This document shows positions 50,695-61,852 of a DNA stretch of 64,000 bases, piece by piece. Position numbers and translations under genes: made by a program. Each line of letters opens with the position of its first letter. Positions within the stretch are counted from its first letter, which is position 1. Origin of the DNA: Blastocatellia bacterium (GTDB taxonomy: Bacteria; Acidobacteriota; Blastocatellia; UBA7656); the NCBI GenBank assembly GCA_963765495.1, contig CAVXWP010000007.1, forward strand, positions 32,001 through 96,000, given 5' to 3'. A model generated the notes under the pieces. It worked only from the letters and a program-made list of their open reading frames with translations. It ran no database searches and was not told the origin of the DNA.

Positions 50695-51087
50695 ATGACT
50701 ATGGAAGCGCTCGGTATGATCGAGACCAAGGGATTTGTCGGAGCCGTCGAAGCGGCAGACGCTATGGTCAAAGCGGCTAACGTCGTGCTCGTGGGCCGCG
50801 AATACATAGGCGCAGGTTACGTGACGGTCTTTGTTCGCGGGGATGTGGGCGCGGTCAAGGCTGCTACGGACGCGGGAGCGGCGGCGGCCCGTCGCGTAGG
50901 CGAACTCGTAAGCGTGCACGTCATTCCTCGCCCGCACGTAGAGCTTGAGCGAGTGCTGGAATCGAGCGGCCTGATCGATTCCAGCTATCAATTAGGCGCG
51001 GGCGAAGGTCGCGGCCAGTTGACCGCAGGTTCGCAGGAAGACGGCAAGCGCATCTCTCAGCCTTCAAACAAGGAAAAGTCGAAATAG
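50695..51087 (+). CDS. Bacterial microcompartment hexamer shell protein (BMC-H, EutM/PduA-like) with a C-terminal tail
   Basis: ALGMIETKG...[12 protein letters not shown]...[12 protein letters not shown]...[10 protein letters not shown]. Confidence 0.95.
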   Translation: MTMEALGMIETKGFVGAVEAADAMVKAANVVLVGREYIGAGYVTVFVRGDVGAVKAATDAGAAAARRVGELVSVHVIPRPHVELERVLESSGLIDSSYQLGAGEGRGQLTAGSQEDGKRISQPSNKEKSK

Positions 51088-51152
51088 CCGTATAGATACC
51101 CGCTCCGGCCTTCGATGTCGATTTGCACGGCACACTGCTGCGGAGAGCAGTT

Positions 51153-52895
51153 ATGAGCAGCGATAAGAATCAACAATCCATCGAGCAGGCGCGCGAACTG
51201 GTCGAGCGCGCAGCCGAAGCGCAGAAAACGCTCGCCACATTCTCTCAGGAAAAGGTTGACGAGATAGTCGGCCGGATGGCGCGCGCGGCCCTCGAAGAGA
51301 GCTACCGCCTCGGCGAGATGGCCCACCTCGAAACCGGCTACGGTTCGGCGGCAGACAAGGCCACGAAGAATCGTTTTTCAGCCGAACAGATTTACAACTT
51401 TATAAAACCTATGCGGACGGTGGGCGTACTCCGCCAGACCGAAAGCATTATCGAAGTCGCCTCGCCTCGCGGAGTTGTTGCGGCCATCATACCTTCTACC
51501 AATCCGACCTCGACCGCCATCTTCAAAATACTGATTTCGATAAAGGCTCGCGACTCCGTAGTCCTGAGTCCTCATCCATCGGCTGCCAACTCTATAAACG
51601 AGACGGCGCAAGTGATGCGCGCGGCGGGCGAGGCCGCGGGGCTTCCGGCGACAGCCATCGGTTGCATGACGATTGCCACCATCGAAGGGACTCAAGAGTT
51701 GATGAAGCACAGGCGCACGGCTTTGATTCTGGCTACGGGCGGAATCGGGCTTGTGCGCGCCGCTTACTCTTCTGGAAAGCCCGCCTTTGGTGTGGGGCCA
51801 GGCAATGTGCCTGCTATGATCGAGCGCACTGCAAATATCACAAAAGCGGTGCGCGACATCCTGACGGGCAAATGTTTCGACAACGGAACCATATGCTCTT
51901 CCGAACAGGCCGTCGTGGTCGAGCGGCCCGTGGACGTAAATGTCCGCGAACGATTTGCCGCCGAAGGCGCTTACTTTCTGGATAAGGAAAAACAGGAGGC
52001 GCTCGCAAAGGTGGTGGCGACCGCGACCAATACGCTCAACCCGAAGATCGTAGGCAAGAGCGCACGCGCCATAGCCGAGATGGCGGGTTTCTCTATCCCC
52101 GAAGGCACCCGCGCTATGCTTTGCGAATTGAGCGGCGTGGGACGCGATTTCCCGCTCTCGATGGAGAAGCTCTCTCCGATTCTGGCCTATTACGTGGTCG
52201 ATAGTCTGGAAGAAGGCTGCGAGCGATGCGCTCAGATTCTCCGCTACGGCGGGATGGGTCACACGGCTTCGATCCACACCGGCAGCCGCGATGCCGCGCG
52301 CGAGTATGGAGTGCGGATGCCTGTTTCACGCGTAGTCGTCAACAGCCCTTCCACTCACGGCGCGATAGGATTCACAACCGATCTCGAACCTTCGATGACC
52401 CTGGGGTGCGGGTCGTGGGGCGGCAATGTGACCTCCGATAACATCTCTCCGCGCCATCTTGTAGACATCAAGCGCATAGCATTCGAGACTCGCCCGATCA
52501 ATCAGGCTACGGAACGCCCGTCCGTTCGCGCCGGGTCCGGCAAAGAGCCGGTGGACCGTGCCGCCATAGCCGCTATGGTCGATCGTTTCCTGGCCGAACG
52601 CCACGTGCAGACGGCCCCTGAATCGAAACCCCTGCCGGTCGTGTCGGCACCTGCCAGACCGGCAGAGCCTGTAACGCCGCCGCCGCCCGTAACTCCCCTT
52701 AAGCCCGCGCCTCAAGTGCCGCCGCAACCTGCGGCTGCCGCCGAGACGAATGGACACGTCTATGATTTCGTTTGTGAAGAGGATGTGAAACGCGCTATTC
52801 GCAATCGAGAGAAGATACTAGTCAACAGCAAGACCATCATCACGCCCGCCGCCCGCGACCTGGGCGAAGAGAAAGAAATATTCGCACGCGTTTAA
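51153..52895 (+). CDS. Acylating aldehyde dehydrogenase (EutE/PduP-like) with an encapsulation peptide and extra C-terminal module
   Basis: [59 protein letters not shown]. Confidence 0.93.
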   Translation: MSSDKNQQSIEQARELVERAAEAQKTLATFSQEKVDEIVGRMARAALEESYRLGEMAHLETGYGSAADKATKNRFSAEQIYNFIKPMRTVGVLRQTESIIEVASPRGVVAAIIPSTNPTSTAIFKILISIKARDSVVLSPHPSAANSINETAQVMRAAGEAAGLPATAIGCMTIATIEGTQELMKHRRTALILATGGIGLVRAAYSSGKPAFGVGPGNVPAMIERTANITKAVRDILTGKCFDNGTICSSEQAVVVERPVDVNVRERFAAEGAYFLDKEKQEALAKVVATATNTLNPKIVGKSARAIAEMAGFSIPEGTRAMLCELSGVGRDFPLSMEKLSPILAYYVVDSLEEGCERCAQILRYGGMGHTASIHTGSRDAAREYGVRMPVSRVVVNSPSTHGAIGFTTDLEPSMTLGCGSWGGNVTSDNISPRHLVDIKRIAFETRPINQATERPSVRAGSGKEPVDRAAIAAMVDRFLAERHVQTAPESKPLPVVSAPARPAEPVTPPPPVTPLKPAPQVPPQPAAAAETNGHVYDFVCEEDVKRAIRNREKILVNSKTIITPAARDLGEEKEIFARV

Positions 52896-52925
52896 CCTGG
52901 ATCGGGATTTCGGGTTCCACACACG

Positions 52926-52960
52926 TCTGAGATTTGAAATGTGAAATCTCAAATCTCAGA
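52926..52960. repeat. GATTTGA-type palindrome, possible bidirectional terminator
   Basis: TCTGAGATTTGAAAT-GTGAA-ATCTCAAATCTCAGA; related units at 43015-43040 and about 26135. Confidence 0.6.
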
Positions 52961-52994
52961 TGTGCGCGGTTATATTGATTTCTTATTGATTCGC

Positions 52995-54077
52995 CTATTT
53001 GTTGTTGCTTTGTGCGCCGCCCTCGGCCGTGTATCCGCTGCGGGTGCGCGCCACGACCCTCCGGTCGCCGGCATTGACCGACACCTTCACGGAGCGGAAT
53101 GTGCCGTCGCGTTTGGCGTTCGTAGGATAGTAACCTATAGAATACTGTGTGCGGAGATCGGTCGAAATCTGCTGCGCGATGGTGTGGACTTCCGAAAGCT
53201 CTTTTGGGAAGAAGGCTCGTCCGCCCGTCTCGTCCGCCAGCTTGTTTAGCAGGCTTTCGGCCTTGTCTTTATCGCTCTTCTTGAATATCCATCCGCCGTC
53301 TTTCGACAGATCATTTGTGAACCCGATAAGGTAAACCTGTACATCGGTCTCGCGGAGGTGGTCTACGACTTCATCGAACTTATAGTAACTGTCCTTATCC
53401 AATCCGTCCGTCACAAGCATCACAGCCTTGCGGCGGTTCTTGCCTTCTTTGCTGGCATAATCGGCGGCCAGATAGAGCGCATCGAGCATGGCCGTCTGGC
53501 GCGAGGCTATAAGCCCCTGAAGAGTGTCTATAACGTCATTGATATCGTTTGTGAATTCTTCGAGAAGTTCGGGCTGGTCCTTGAATTCGATTACGGCAAG
53601 CTCATCGTCCGGCTTGCTGTCTTTTACCAGATTGGTCGATGCCTTGATAACCGTGTCGAGTTTAGGGCGCATCGACCCCGACGTATCGATGGCGAAGACT
53701 ACGGAGACGGGAACCTCTTCGCGGCTGAAGAATGTCACCTCCTGCGGCACTTTGTCTTCGTAGACCTGAAACTGATTTTTCTTCAGATCCATCACGGGGC
53801 TGTTGCTTGTATCGACCACCGTGACATCGAGAAGAACGAGATCTGTGCCTAACTTGATTACGCCACCCTGTTCATCTGTCTGTTCCGTTTGTTCGGACGG
53901 GACAGCATGCCCCGGCTTTTGCAGCGAGGGTTTCTCTTTTTGCTGGTCTTTTTGACCCTGGTCGGCGCGCACAAGCCCGGAGCCGGTAATGGGATTTATC
54001 GACAGGCTGCTGGCGGAAAGGCTAAAGGCCGCCACCAGAGCCAGAACGGCTACCATTCTATTAAATCTGAATCTCAT
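52995..54077 (-). CDS. Acidobacterial VWFA-domain protein, secreted
   Basis: LVLLDVTVVD, DTSGSM MIDAS, TAMLDALY, LVTDG.D, ETGGRAFF, LRTQYSIGYYP, RTRSGY. Confidence 0.9.
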   Translation of the reverse strand: MRFRFNRMVAVLALVAAFSLSASSLSINPITGSGLVRADQGQKDQQKEKPSLQKPGHAVPSEQTEQTDEQGGVIKLGTDLVLLDVTVVDTSNSPVMDLKKNQFQVYEDKVPQEVTFFSREEVPVSVVFAIDTSGSMRPKLDTVIKASTNLVKDSKPDDELAVIEFKDQPELLEEFTNDINDVIDTLQGLIASRQTAMLDALYLAADYASKEGKNRRKAVMLVTDGLDKDSYYKFDEVVDHLRETDVQVYLIGFTNDLSKDGGWIFKKSDKDKAESLLNKLADETGGRAFFPKELSEVHTIAQQISTDLRTQYSIGYYPTNAKRDGTFRSVKVSVNAGDRRVVARTRSGYTAEGGAQSNNK

Positions 54078-54285
54078 ATTGAAATTTTACCCCGCAATGC
54101 TGGATTTGAAAACCTGCCCGCTCATTGCGAGCGGGCGTGGCGGGCAATTGACGCCGGTTCCCATTCTGGGATGCCGATTGATAGTTTGCCCGTTGCCGAA
54201 AGAACGATTGAGGGGATGTGATTTGCAGTCGTACGGCGAAGTCGGCGGCTGAGGCGGAAGTAGAAACGGCTCCTCGGAGTCGTTT

Positions 54286-55344
54286 CTACTTCTTGAAAGA
54301 TTGGTAGCCGTCTCTGTAGGTCAGCGACAATCGGCCAAGCCCTTTGGGGGGATTCACCTTGACCTGTAACTTGTGCCATCTGGCTTCGCTCGTCGTGTCC
54401 GTAGGATAAAAGGCTATGGAATATTGATGGCGAAGCTCAAGCGCGATGCGGGTGCAAATCTCGACCAGTTCAGGTTCGTTGTAGCCGCCGGGGAAGAAGG
54501 CTCGCCCGCCCGTCATGCGCGTAAGCTCTTCGAGGACCGAACGACCATAACCGGCCAGCGAGTCTGCGATGTCGGTTATTCCTATAGCGTAAATCTGAAC
54601 ATCGGCTTCCTTGATCCGGTTCCGAAGCTCTTTGTAAGTGTAGCGGCTGTTGTTGTCCTGACCGTCTGAAATTATCAGCAACGCTTTCTTGGTATGCCGT
54701 CCCTGCTGAACCTTTTCAACCGCCAGATAAGCGGCATCGTAAAGCGCGGTGGACCCTTTCGGCTGAACGAACATCAGATGCGAGACCACCTGATCGCCCG
54801 AAGTCGTGAAGTCCTGAACGAGTTTGGCTCGATCATTAAAGCCTATCAGGAAGAAGTCATCGTCATTATGCGAGGTCTCGATAAAACGGCTGAGAGCGCG
54901 AATCGACCGCGCGATTCTCTCTTTCATCGAGCCCGATACGTCATAGATGATGCCGAGCGAAACCGGCGCATCATCATCTGAGAAGTGAGCTATCTGCTGC
55001 TTCACCTTGTCGTCGAAGACATCGAAGTGGTCTTTGCCGAGACCGGTCACAAACCTGCCGTAAGGGTCGGTAACGGATATGGTCACGTTGACGATGCCTG
55101 TATCGAGGACTATCGGATTTTGATCCGAAACAGAACCAGGAGTCTTAAACCTCTCCGACCTTGTTACGCTCTTTTGCTCATCGGCGACGGTCGAGCCGGG
55201 TGTTGACGGTCCTGATCGCGCTTTGGCCGATCCACCATCAGGAGTCGTAGTCTTGTTATTCTCTTGAGAAAACGCGTTGCTTACAGGGGAGAGAGTTATA
55301 GCCAAAAGCATGGCCAGGAAGGCGTGAGCGAATTTCTGCCTCAT
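54286..55344 (-). CDS. Second acidobacterial VWFA-domain protein, secreted
   Basis: DVSGSM, TALYDA, ISDGQDNNS, TGGRAFF, LRHQYSI. Confidence 0.9.
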   Translation of the reverse strand: MRQKFAHAFLAMLLAITLSPVSNAFSQENNKTTTPDGGSAKARSGPSTPGSTVADEQKSVTRSERFKTPGSVSDQNPIVLDTGIVNVTISVTDPYGRFVTGLGKDHFDVFDDKVKQQIAHFSDDDAPVSLGIIYDVSGSMKERIARSIRALSRFIETSHNDDDFFLIGFNDRAKLVQDFTTSGDQVVSHLMFVQPKGSTALYDAAYLAVEKVQQGRHTKKALLIISDGQDNNSRYTYKELRNRIKEADVQIYAIGITDIADSLAGYGRSVLEELTRMTGGRAFFPGGYNEPELVEICTRIALELRHQYSIAFYPTDTTSEARWHKLQVKVNPPKGLGRLSLTYRDGYQSFKK

Positions 55345-55642
55345 AATGATGCCCTCGAAATTCCGGACATTCTTCTTAAGAAAGAGACCGGTGCGCCCGG
55401 CCTGAGTTTCTTCGATTTTGCAGGTTATTGGACGACAGACGTTGAAGTGCTTCTCTGTTCAAAACTGACTTTCAGATTATTTTCCGGTTGAAACGACCTG
55501 ATATTCCTGCGCGACTCCAAATCTCCTGCGCGCCCAACGCCCTCATAATAACACAAAATTGATGGTAGGCAATAGCTTTGGATCACAAGCGAGCTATATG
55601 CTATAGTCTGGCTTTGCGGCGCTGGCTGCATCGGGCTCGTGT

Positions 55643-56446
55643 ATGTCACAACTCATATCTATAATCATCCCCGCTTACAACGAAGAGAATCGTATCGGAC
55701 GGTCTCTGGACGAGATATTGCGCTTTCTTACCAACCGGCCTTTCAGGGCAGAAGTGATTGTCGTTGACGACGGATCGCGTGATTCCACCCCGCAGGTAAT
55801 CGCCGAACGAGCGGATGATTACGCGAAAGCCGGATACGATCTGCGCGTGCTTACAAACCGGCCAAATCGCGGCAAAGGCTATAGCGTGAGGCGCGGTGTG
55901 AGCGAAGCGCGCGGAGAGGTCATCCTGTTTACTGACGCCGACCTGTCATCGCCTATTACGGAAGCGCCCCGTCTCCTTGACCCGATAATCGAAAACCGCG
56001 CCGACGTGACCTTCGGATCGCGGGCGCTCGACCGCTCTTTGATAGGCGTCAAACAACCATTCATGAGAGACTTTGGCGGGCGCGTCTTTAACTTCTTTAT
56101 GAAGACGATCACGGGTCTGCCCTTCAAGGATACTCAGTGCGGGTTCAAAGCGTTTCGGCGCGAGGCGGCGCTCGCGGTCTTCTCCCGCCAGAGTATCGAG
56201 CGATTCGGTTTTGACCCGGAGGTGCTTTATATAGCGCAAAAGCTCGGCAATCGCCTGCTTGAGATTCCCGTCAAATGGAACCACGTTGAGGGGGGCGAGT
56301 TGCAAAATAAACTCAATTATCTCCGCGACTCGCTAAACATGTTCGCCGATCTGATTCGCATAAGAGCCAATGACATCAGTGGACGTTACGACAATCCGGC
56401 AAGCGACATCGCATCGGAGGAGTGCCGGACCCTTGAACGGCAATGA
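55643..56446 (+). CDS. GT2 polyprenol-phosphate glycosyltransferase (ALG5/DPM-like)
   Basis: [38 protein letters not shown]. Confidence 0.92.
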   Translation: MSQLISIIIPAYNEENRIGRSLDEILRFLTNRPFRAEVIVVDDGSRDSTPQVIAERADDYAKAGYDLRVLTNRPNRGKGYSVRRGVSEARGEVILFTDADLSSPITEAPRLLDPIIENRADVTFGSRALDRSLIGVKQPFMRDFGGRVFNFFMKTITGLPFKDTQCGFKAFRREAALAVFSRQSIERFGFDPEVLYIAQKLGNRLLEIPVKWNHVEGGELQNKLNYLRDSLNMFADLIRIRANDISGRYDNPASDIASEECRTLERQ

Positions 56447-56462
56447 TTTTGAAGAACTCAAA

Positions 56463-57206
56463 ATGATCAGGTTGAATGTCAACATCGATCACATCGCCAC
56501 CATAAGACAGGCGCGAAAAACCTTTGAGCCGGATGTCGTGGCGGCGGCTGTGCTGGCCGATCTTGCGGGCGCAAGCGGCATCACTATTCATCTTCGCGGA
56601 GACCGTCGCCACATTCAGGATGATGATGCGCGGCTGCTGCGAAACGTAGTCAAGACACATCTCAACCTGGAGATGGCTGTGACCGCAGAGATGCTTGAGA
56701 TCGCGCGCCAGATCAGGCCCAGTACGGCTACGCTCGTGCCTGAACGCGCTGACGAAATCACGACCGAAGGCGGGTTGAATGTAGCGGTCGCCGAAGAAGA
56801 GATAAATCGCGCCGTCCGGGGATTGTCGCAGGCAGGCATTCCGGTCAGCATTTTTCTCGATCCTGCCGCCGATCAGATAGAGGCCGCCCATCGTGTGGGC
56901 GCGCGGCAGATAGAAATTTGCACGGCTCGCTATGCAGAGATGACCGACCCGACCCGACTGGCCGAAGCCCGCCAGGTGAATGAAGAACTCGCACGCATCG
57001 CCGAATCGGCTCGCCTCGCAGGAGACCTGGGGTTGCAGGTGGCTGCCGGGCACGGTCTCACTTACAGGAACGTGCGCGCAATCGCCTGCATTGAGCAGGT
57101 CGAAGAACTCAACATAGGTCACAACATCGTTGCGCGGGCCGTTCTGGTAGGAATGGAGCGCGCCGTGCGCGAGATGATAACGGCAATCAATGGTCAACAG
57201 ATGTAA
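56463..57206 (+). CDS. pdxJ: Pyridoxine 5'-phosphate synthase
   Basis: [50 protein letters not shown]. Confidence 0.97.
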   Translation: MIRLNVNIDHIATIRQARKTFEPDVVAAAVLADLAGASGITIHLRGDRRHIQDDDARLLRNVVKTHLNLEMAVTAEMLEIARQIRPSTATLVPERADEITTEGGLNVAVAEEEINRAVRGLSQAGIPVSIFLDPAADQIEAAHRVGARQIEICTARYAEMTDPTRLAEARQVNEELARIAESARLAGDLGLQVAAGHGLTYRNVRAIACIEQVEELNIGHNIVARAVLVGMERAVREMITAINGQQM

Positions 57207-57616
57207 AAAAAAGCCGCGCTAAATATCAGCGCGGCATAAACGATAAGGAGAAACCGATAACGAGAATCGTCAAACCAGACTCGCTGGATGGCATAGATAG
57301 ATGAACTCTTCAAAAAATTGATTCGGTCCAAGACCTCCTCTTCTTCTCTAACTCGACATAGCTAACTGGGACGCTTTTAGATATAGCAATCCCCGGACCA
57401 CTGCTAAACTCATGCTAAACTCAGGTAAAATCACACCAGTTCTATATGGTCTGGGGAAGTATGCAGCAATTGACGAACAACTCGTTGTGACTTGTTGCCA
57501 CGCAAGCAAATTGCAGCAGAGTTCAGCCACGAATTCTCACGAATTCTTTGTGGCTGCCTGCGAGAATTTGTCAGACACGTCTTTGAAGCTCAAACGATCA
57601 GTTATATCTGCCGGCA

Positions 57617-58528
57617 TCACAGGATTTTTTTGCCCAGCGCCGACAGGATCAATTCGACCGCAAGCCGCGCCGTCTGGTTGGCTTTGTCGTAAAGCGGGTT
57701 GACTTCGGTTATCTCGACCGAGAGCACGCGGCTTGAGGCGGCGAGTTTTTCCATAGCCAGATGGCTTTCGCGATACGTGGCCCCACCCGGTTCGGGCGTG
57801 CCCACCCCGGGCGCGTAAGACGGGTCTATAAAATCCATGTCCATAGTGACATGAAACCCGGCTGTGTTGCGCGAGGCGATGCTTATGGCTTCTTCGATTA
57901 TATCGGCAAGCCCTCGTTCGTCGAGTTCGGTCATCGTGAAGACGCGAATGCCCAGCGAGGCTATAAGATCGCGCTCGCCGGGGTCCACGCTGCGAGCGCC
58001 TATTATGACCGTATGCTCAGGCAGTACCTTTGGTCGGAACCCGGCTACATCCGTCAACTCTCTGGCCCCGTACCCGAGCAGCGCCGCGAGCGGCATTCCG
58101 TGGATGTTGCCCGAAGGCGAAGTTTCGGGTGTGTTTGCGTCGGTGTGGGCATCAAGCCAGATGATGCCTATCTTTTGATTGCGTTTGCGGTAGAAGGAGG
58201 CGACTCCGGCCGCGCTGCCTATGGCGATGGAATGATCGCCGCCGAGGATGACCGGGATCGCGTCGTCTTCGAGCGTGGCCTCAACCATCGAAGCGAGTTC
58301 TTCGCTTGCTTCGGCGATCTGCGGCAGATATCGCGCGTTGGTGCTCAACTGTGTGACGGCCTCCGGAGGATGGACATTAACATTGCCCGCGTCTACGACA
58401 TCGAATCCCAATCTGGCGATGGCCTGATTTACGCCCGCGATTCTTATGGCTGACGGACCCATGTCTACGCCGCGCCGCCCGGCCCCAAGGTCCATAGGTA
58501 CGCCGATGATCTTGATTTTCTTCTTCAT
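57617..58528 (-). CDS. rocF: Arginase
   Basis: [31 protein letters not shown]...[19 protein letters not shown]. Confidence 0.96.
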   Translation of the reverse strand: MKKKIKIIGVPMDLGAGRRGVDMGPSAIRIAGVNQAIARLGFDVVDAGNVNVHPPEAVTQLSTNARYLPQIAEASEELASMVEATLEDDAIPVILGGDHSIAIGSAAGVASFYRKRNQKIGIIWLDAHTDANTPETSPSGNIHGMPLAALLGYGARELTDVAGFRPKVLPEHTVIIGARSVDPGERDLIASLGIRVFTMTELDERGLADIIEEAISIASRNTAGFHVTMDMDFIDPSYAPGVGTPEPGGATYRESHLAMEKLAASSRVLSVEITEVNPLYDKANQTARLAVELILSALGKKIL

Positions 58529-58603
58529 AAAATAGCCTCCTGTTTATTCTCCCATCCCGCCTCACCTACCGCAAGACTCGCGGCCCGGCTATAAAACCCG
58601 GCC

Positions 58604-58637
58604 AAAAAAAGAGAGGCTGCAACCGGGGCAGCCTCAT
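58604..58637 (-). terminator. Intrinsic terminator downstream of the lytic transglycosylase
   Basis: GAGGCTGC...GCAGCCTC stem followed by a T run on the minus strand. Confidence 0.65.
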
Positions 58638-58677
58638 AACTTCACAAGGAGGAAGGTCAATTTGGAAATATATGTCT

Positions 58678-59931
58678 TTATCGACCGGCGGCTTCCATCT
58701 CTACATCAGAGGTGGGCACGAAACCATAGCGGTCGGCGTTGCCTGCGACCTCAATTGCGGCCAGAATTTTTGGAACGTAATTGCAGGTCTCTTTCGGCAA
58801 AAGCTGTTTTTCGCTCAACTCCCAAAAATTCGCCCGTCCGTTCTTGACTATAGCCTCCATAACTCGCGGCTCTCCGCAATTATAAGCGGCCATCGCGAGC
58901 GCCCAGTCTCCGAAGATCGTGTATAGATCGTGCAGGTAATAAGCCGCCACACGAGTCTGTTTTTCCGGGTCGAGTCGCTCGTCGTTTCCCTGGCTCACGG
59001 TCAGACCGTAATCGGTCGCGGTTCTCGGGATGAATTGCCAGATGCCGCCCGCCGCCGCAGGAGAGACGGCCTTGTAGTGCCATACGCTTTCAACGTGCGC
59101 GAGCCAGATAAGGTCTTCGGGCAATCCGAGGGCGCGAAACTCGGAGCGCGCCATATCAAGGTATTCGCCGCTGCGGTCTATGCCTATCTGCATGGTCTGG
59201 CGTCCGGTCTTTGTCGCGGTGTAATAATTCACCCAGTGCTGGATCGCAGCATTATCTTCAAAAGCAATATCTCCGACGGTCAGGCGGGGCAGGGGTGCAA
59301 TTCTGGTCTCAACCGAATCCGCCGCAGAATTCTGAGCCGTCCCCCTGGCGTCAGGGCTTGCGACGGGCGGGTTTTCTGTGGCCGCCATCATCGGATCACC
59401 CGCGAATCCTTTCAGCGCAGGCATAGCGGGTTTTGACTCCTCTGCCTGAACGTTTTCTGCCTGAATATATTCTGCCTGAACGGGCGCGATTGTTTCAGAC
59501 GAGGAAAGATGGTTGACTTTCAATACGCCGCCGGATTTCTTTACTGCCTTGACCGCGCGCACGCCGGATCCGTCATCCATAGGAGCCTGCTCGCCTTTTA
59601 CGCGCTTTTCCACGCGGAGAAAATAATCGGCTATGCCGGTGTTTTCGGTTGCGGCGCTCGCGAGGATATCGAGCGCCTTGTCGAAGTCCTTTCGCTGACG
59701 AGAGAGGCCGCGTGGCGCGTCTATTGCGGGCTGCTCTAGGCTCAATTGATCCTCAATCGCTGTCGGTATTGAGAGCGGCAGCAGGCTATAACCGTGAAAG
59801 GATGAAAAGGTCAGAAAGCTCAAGCTTAGAGCAAGGCTCGTTAATACTTTTTTCTTTGAAATACCTTTGAAAAGGCCGGATGAAGTGAGTATGAGACTCG
59901 TAAAGGCACGTATTAGTTTCCCCATTGACAC
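58678..59931 (-). CDS. Lytic transglycosylase (MltD-like SLT domain, no LysM)
   Basis: LAHVES, SPAAAGGIWQFIP.TA..YGL, DER.DP, AMAAYNCGE, ETCNYVPKILA. Confidence 0.9.
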   Translation of the reverse strand: MSMGKLIRAFTSLILTSSGLFKGISKKKVLTSLALSLSFLTFSSFHGYSLLPLSIPTAIEDQLSLEQPAIDAPRGLSRQRKDFDKALDILASAATENTGIADYFLRVEKRVKGEQAPMDDGSGVRAVKAVKKSGGVLKVNHLSSSETIAPVQAEYIQAENVQAEESKPAMPALKGFAGDPMMAATENPPVASPDARGTAQNSAADSVETRIAPLPRLTVGDIAFEDNAAIQHWVNYYTATKTGRQTMQIGIDRSGEYLDMARSEFRALGLPEDLIWLAHVESVWHYKAVSPAAAGGIWQFIPRTATDYGLTVSQGNDERLDPEKQTRVAAYYLHDLYTIFGDWALAMAAYNCGEPRVMEAIVKNGRANFWELSEKQLLPKETCNYVPKILAAIEVAGNADRYGFVPTSDVEMEAAGR

Positions 59932-60156
59932 CCCTCTTGTTCGATCCCCAAACAGGTTCGTTCTTTATATCGTTAATCTTTTATGTTCTATGCCCTGGGA
60001 CTCAAGCGGTAAGCTCTTTTATGAAGCCACGATGCTTTCCCAAAACCCCGTTGCTTGCTCTTTAGTCTTCACTCGTAAGCTACGATTATCATGTTACCAA
60101 CGGGCGTTGCTCGAGTCTATAGGTGATGCCTGTTTGCAATGGAAATGCAAGAAAAG

Positions 60157-60277
60157 TGAATCGTGATGCGTGAATCGTGATGCGTGACCTTTGAACAGGC
60201 CGCCTGTCAAAGACATCTCGCAAACCTGCTAAATCACGCATCACGATTCACTTTTACTCTCACGATTCACGTCTCAC
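60157..60277. repeat. GTGATGC/GTGAATC-family palindrome
   Basis: GTGAATCGTGATGCGTGAATCGTGATGCGTGA...TCACGCATCACGATTCAC...TCACGATTCACGTCTCAC. Confidence 0.85.
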
Positions 60278-60544
60278 TCATTTCTTCTTGGGTTTGATGG
60301 CGGGTTGGCCGCGATGTTTGTCGAGGTATTTGCCCAGCAAAGATTTCTTGTAATTCTGTCGGATGTCGGCCGAGGCCGGAGCCTGTGTTTTTGACTGTGA
60401 CCGAGGTGTTGCGGGCGCGGTCTTGATCGCGGGAGATGATTCGGTTTTTGGTTTGGCGGTTGGCCTGGGCTGTGTGGCTTTGGCCGCCTTTGCGACCGCC
60501 CTTCCTTTGGTTATCTCTTTTTTCGTCTGGTTGGTTTTTGCCAT
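60278..60544 (-). CDS. Small basic K/A/P/T-rich hypothetical protein
   Basis: AAGGAG RBS, 88 aa, low complexity, in the asnS-MTase-LOG transcription direction. Confidence 0.6.
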   Translation of the reverse strand: MAKTNQTKKEITKGRAVAKAAKATQPRPTAKPKTESSPAIKTAPATPRSQSKTQAPASADIRQNYKKSLLGKYLDKHRGQPAIKPKKK

Positions 60545-60575
60545 AATCTCCTTCTCAAATTGTATTTCTAAAAGT

Positions 60576-61127
60576 TCAAATCACCTGCCTGCCGAGTAAC
60601 ACTATAGCCTCTTCGGCGGTTTCTGCGAATGACAGATAGCTCATATCCGTATCTGAAATTACCAGATGCTCGCGCAGGCACGAAATCGCGCGGGGCCAGG
60701 CGTTGCCAAGCAGGATTAACGGTCTTTGCGGCAACACACCTGTAACGAGCTTGTTCCACACCAGAGAGATTTCCGTCACCGTACCCATCCCGCCTCGCAA
60801 GGCCACATACCCCGCCGACTGGCCGATGAGCGATTGAAGCCGCTCGTAAAAATCTCTGCTAGGAACGATCTTTTTCAGAAAAGCGTTTGGCGCGGATTTG
60901 AACTGATCCATAGTCACGCCCACGACGTGGCCGCCCGCTTCGTGCGCGCCACGGCTGATCGCTTCCATCACCCCGCCGTAGCCGCCCGAGCATACGCCGA
61001 ACCCGGCTTCCACAAGCAATCGGCCCAGTTTTAGTGCCTCCCTGTATTCCGCGGCATCGGCTGCGCAGCGCGAGCCGCCGAATACGGTGATCATCCTCTC
61101 TTCTTCGATCAATTGCTCTCCTCGCAT
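60576..61127 (-). CDS. LOG family (lysine-decarboxylase-like) nucleotide-binding protein
   Basis: ITVFGGSR, SGGYGGVMEA.SRGA, RGGMGTVTE. Confidence 0.88.
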   Translation of the reverse strand: MRGEQLIEEERMITVFGGSRCAADAAEYREALKLGRLLVEAGFGVCSGGYGGVMEAISRGAHEAGGHVVGVTMDQFKSAPNAFLKKIVPSRDFYERLQSLIGQSAGYVALRGGMGTVTEISLVWNKLVTGVLPQRPLILLGNAWPRAISCLREHLVISDTDMSYLSFAETAEEAIVLLGRQVI

Positions 61128-61142
61128 TTGAACGGGTGGGAA

Positions 61143-61835
61143 TTACCTTTCACCTGTAATCAAAAGCGATCCGGCTTCAAGCGCTTTCTTTATGTGTTCG
61201 AGCGTATCAAACGATGTCGGTATCATCAGTTCTTCGTGCGGGCGCGTGTCATAGACGCGACTGACAGCTACACGCTGAAACCCGGCCTTTTCAAACAGGT
61301 CGCGATAGTCGGCTTCGCCCAGGACGTGAACCGGCACGGCGAGCTTTTCCGCCCAGTGAATGCTGCCTTCGTTTTCGCGAAAGAGATTCAGCATGAAAAA
61401 TACTCGCCCGCCTGTTCGCATCACGCGGTAGACTTCCCGGAGCGCGGCGGGTATGTCGGGGTAATAGTAAAGCGACTCTACGGACAACGCCTTGTCGAAA
61501 TACTCTTCATCGAAAGGCAGTCGAGTGGCCGAGGCATTATGAAAAGAGATGTTTCTGATTCCCTCGGAATGAGCGCGAGCGCGAGCAATCATCTCGTCGG
61601 CAACATCCACGCCCGTGGCTTCGCCCTCGGGGAGGCGAGCGGCCATCAAGCGGGTCGCCCAGCCTACGCCGCAGCCGAGATCGAGCACGCGGTCGGCGGG
61701 GCCGAGGTCCATCATCTCGATTATCTGTTCGGTCACATTGCGATGACCGTCTTCCATGCCCTCGCCGCGCCCGGTTTCGGCCCAGCGGTTGAACTCTTCG
61801 CGCAACTGCGTTTCCTTTGCCTGTGTTTCAGCCAT
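61143..61835 (-). CDS. Class I SAM-dependent methyltransferase
   Basis: VLDLGCGVGW, GVDVADEMI, LPF....FD, LREVYRVMRTGG; start MAETQAK after AAGGAG. Confidence 0.9.
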   Translation of the reverse strand: MAETQAKETQLREEFNRWAETGRGEGMEDGHRNVTEQIIEMMDLGPADRVLDLGCGVGWATRLMAARLPEGEATGVDVADEMIARARAHSEGIRNISFHNASATRLPFDEEYFDKALSVESLYYYPDIPAALREVYRVMRTGGRVFFMLNLFRENEGSIHWAEKLAVPVHVLGEADYRDLFEKAGFQRVAVSRVYDTRPHEELMIPTSFDTLEHIKKALEAGSLLITGER

Positions 61836-61852
61836 ATGAATTTCGTCTCTCC

